A stretch of 64,000 bases of DNA from Hyphochytrium catenoides (lineage: Eukaryota; Protista; Hyphochytriomycota), in NCBI GenBank assembly GCA_900088475.1, contig FLMG01000516.1, positions 62,001 through 126,000 of the forward strand, in the 5' to 3' direction. Both the position numbers and the translations under genes were made by a program. This document shows, in pieces, positions 61,960 through 64,000 of the stretch. Numbering within the stretch: position 1 is the first letter of the stretch; each line of letters begins with the position of its first letter. Below the pieces are notes generated by a model, which was given only the letters and a program-made list of their open reading frames with translations, made no database searches and had not been told where the DNA came from.

Positions 61960-62040
61960 GTCTCTCTGTCTCTCTCTCTCTCTCTCTCTCGCTCTCTCTC
62001 TCTCTATCTCTCTATCTCTTTCTCTTTCTTTCTCTCTCTT
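61960..62040. repeat. (CT)n tract between the divergent TTC33-like and FAM98-like genes
   Basis: Seen directly in the sequence. Confidence 0.9.
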
Positions 62041-62478
62041 TGATCTACCTTCCCCATGTCGTCAAGAGCCATCGGCTCAGCAGTCTCTCTCTCCACGAAG
62101 TTAGCGAAGGTATCGCTTCTGACAGATACAGGCTTGGTGAGTCCTCCTTATAAGAGCAGAGAGCGAGCGAGTGAGACAGAGAGAGAGAGAGAACAGAGCG
62201 TAGAGTGAGAGCCATCCTCCATTGTATCTTCGTCAAGAGGTCTCTCTCGCTGATCCGCCAGAGTTGAAGCCCCGCTTGCTCTTAATCTCCATCCCGTCAC
62301 TTTCTTCTGCGCCTTCTGCGTGTTTCCCTCTCTTTCTCTTTCCTGTCTAGATGTGCGCCAGCTTCTATGACATGCGAGAGAATTTTTACGCTACTGATAA
62401 TATCCTAATAGCGCCTTCTCTTGCTCGCTTCCATGTCCAGCTTGCGAGGAGACATTGACTGAGCAATTCTAAGAGGAG

Positions 62479-64000
62479 ATGGAGGAAGAGTCCGAAATAA
62501 CCCAGCATATCAACAATAAGCTAGAAGACCTAAGAGCTCCCTTCGCTCTGAGAGAGAGCTCATTGAGGGACAGGGCGAAGAGAGACGACCACGATGAGGG
62601 AAGAGAAGATGAAGATTTCTGCAGTTTGTCTAAGTGGCTCATGGAGCGGATTGAAGCTCAAGAGCAGCAGCTGAGACCCTTCAGGAAGAAGAAGACAGAA
62701 GAGAAGGAGGACGAGGCTTCGTCCCTACAATGGGTTCTCGACTTCTGTCTTGCTAGGGACTTTCCTTATCCTTCCTCTGGCCCAAACCTGCGATACTTCA
62801 TCATAGAGTTCCTTACATCAGGTAGAGAGAGAAGCCACGGAGGACTGTCTCCCAGATCGCGTCCTTTGCGCCTCTTCAGCCTCGTTCTGCCCTGAGCACT
62901 CTTCCTGTCGTTCTTCCTCTCTCTGTCTCGCGATCTTACCATGTGTTCGCCTTCTATCGCTTGGTACCGTTTGCTTCTCTCTTCTCTCACCGTACAGAGC
63001 TAGACATACCTCGCCGTTCCTCATTATTTGGCCATCATCGTCTTTCCTATCCCTTCCGTCTCAGTTACTGAGTGTCTGTCTCCCTCGTCCCCAATCTCTT
63101 TGCCTCTTGTCGCTTGGCGTCCAGACTGACGCTTCTCCTTCCCCAGCCCTACAGGCTTACCGGCTGCAGGCTGTAGCAGATGCAAGGCCTTCCAAAAAGA
63201 ACCCACAGAAGACTGATAAGGTAGAGAAGAGCGCCAGCATCCTCACTTCTTCACCTGCTCTCTCCCTTCTTCTTCTGGTGCCCTAACTCTACCTCAAGAC
63301 CTCATGTCGCTACTTCTGCTTCCGTATCTCCTTTCCCTATAGCTCTGGTTCTTACTGCTTTTAGTCTGAGAGTCTCAGGACAGAATCAACCATTACACCC
63401 TTCTCCCCTCTCCATTGCTTATCTTGCAGCCTGGAACATAAAGTCTTTCCTCTGCCTGTTTCCCCTCTCTCTGGATCCTCTCTTCTCTGTCTTGTCGCCC
63501 TTGCTCTCCGACCGATTTGTTTAGACTTCAGAAGCAGAGTTCAGTGCAGAGATTGAGCGACTACTGGAAGTGGCCAGAGTTCCGCAGGACGAAAGAGAAG
63601 GACTCATTGCATCTCCTCCAGACGCGCTGCGACGGGTGCGTGACAGTGCAATTATCAAAGCAGGACAACAAGAAGTCAAGGTCCTTAAACCCTTCCTGCT
63701 ATTGCCAATCCAAGCTTTGACTTCGTCTTAGGCAGCACACGGAGTATTTTGCCTGCCCTGGACGCATACACATTAGCTATAATGTCCCTTACGATGTGCC
63801 TCTTTATACTCACCCATCTCTCTCTTTCTCTACTTTCTTTCCTTGCCAGGAGTCTGCTCGTCTTCTTACACCTGAAAGTCTATCGGCCGACCAACTGGAG
63901 CGCCTTCAAGCTGTACATGAGGCTTTGGTCGGAGACTACAGAGTGCGGCGGGAGATGCTGCTGAAGCGTCTGGACGTGACCATACAGACCTTCCTATCCT
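62479..64000 (+). CDS. FAM98-like protein, 5' part; continues beyond the window
   Basis: First exon contains FCSLSKWL...IEFLTS. The last visible exon reads LERLQAVHEALVGDYRVRREMLLKRLDVTIQTF, matching the FAM98 signature RR.LL.RLDVT.Q.F. Confidence 0.8.

Noticed and set aside
1-64000. CRISPR arrays, rRNA, prokaryotic operons
   Set aside because: No repeat-spacer array or rRNA signature was seen, and the gene structure is eukaryotic.

Overview
Eukaryotic nuclear DNA in the standard genetic code: GT-AG introns, abundant (AG)n/(CT)n tracts and two short N gaps. A stramenopile-like protist is my inference, not established. Eleven host genes can be reconstructed: an intronless secreted subtilisin, a spliced HSL-type esterase, a membrane/MORN-like/DUF900-type hydrolase, intronless GalE, an intronless C1GALT1-like GT31, a multi-exon TMEM94/ERMA-like P-type ATPase relative, an OCA1-like phosphatase, ERGIC3/ERV46, a SHAQKYF-class MYB, TTC33-like and partial FAM98-like. 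The most unusual segment is 26-35 kb. There the intronless UDP-Gal producer (GalE) and Gal transferase are interleaved with 3-4 relics of CRE-like REL-endonuclease non-LTR retrotransposons. Two of those relics sit head-to-head as a ~500-bp-arm inverted repeat, followed by a CGCAC motif cluster and a predicted pseudoknot. Other leads are an orphan ORF with an internal repeat and a three-hairpin leader, degenerate signature motifs in the TMEM94 homologue, and scattered F-box-like relics. All family calls come from manual translation and motif recognition; no database searches were run.
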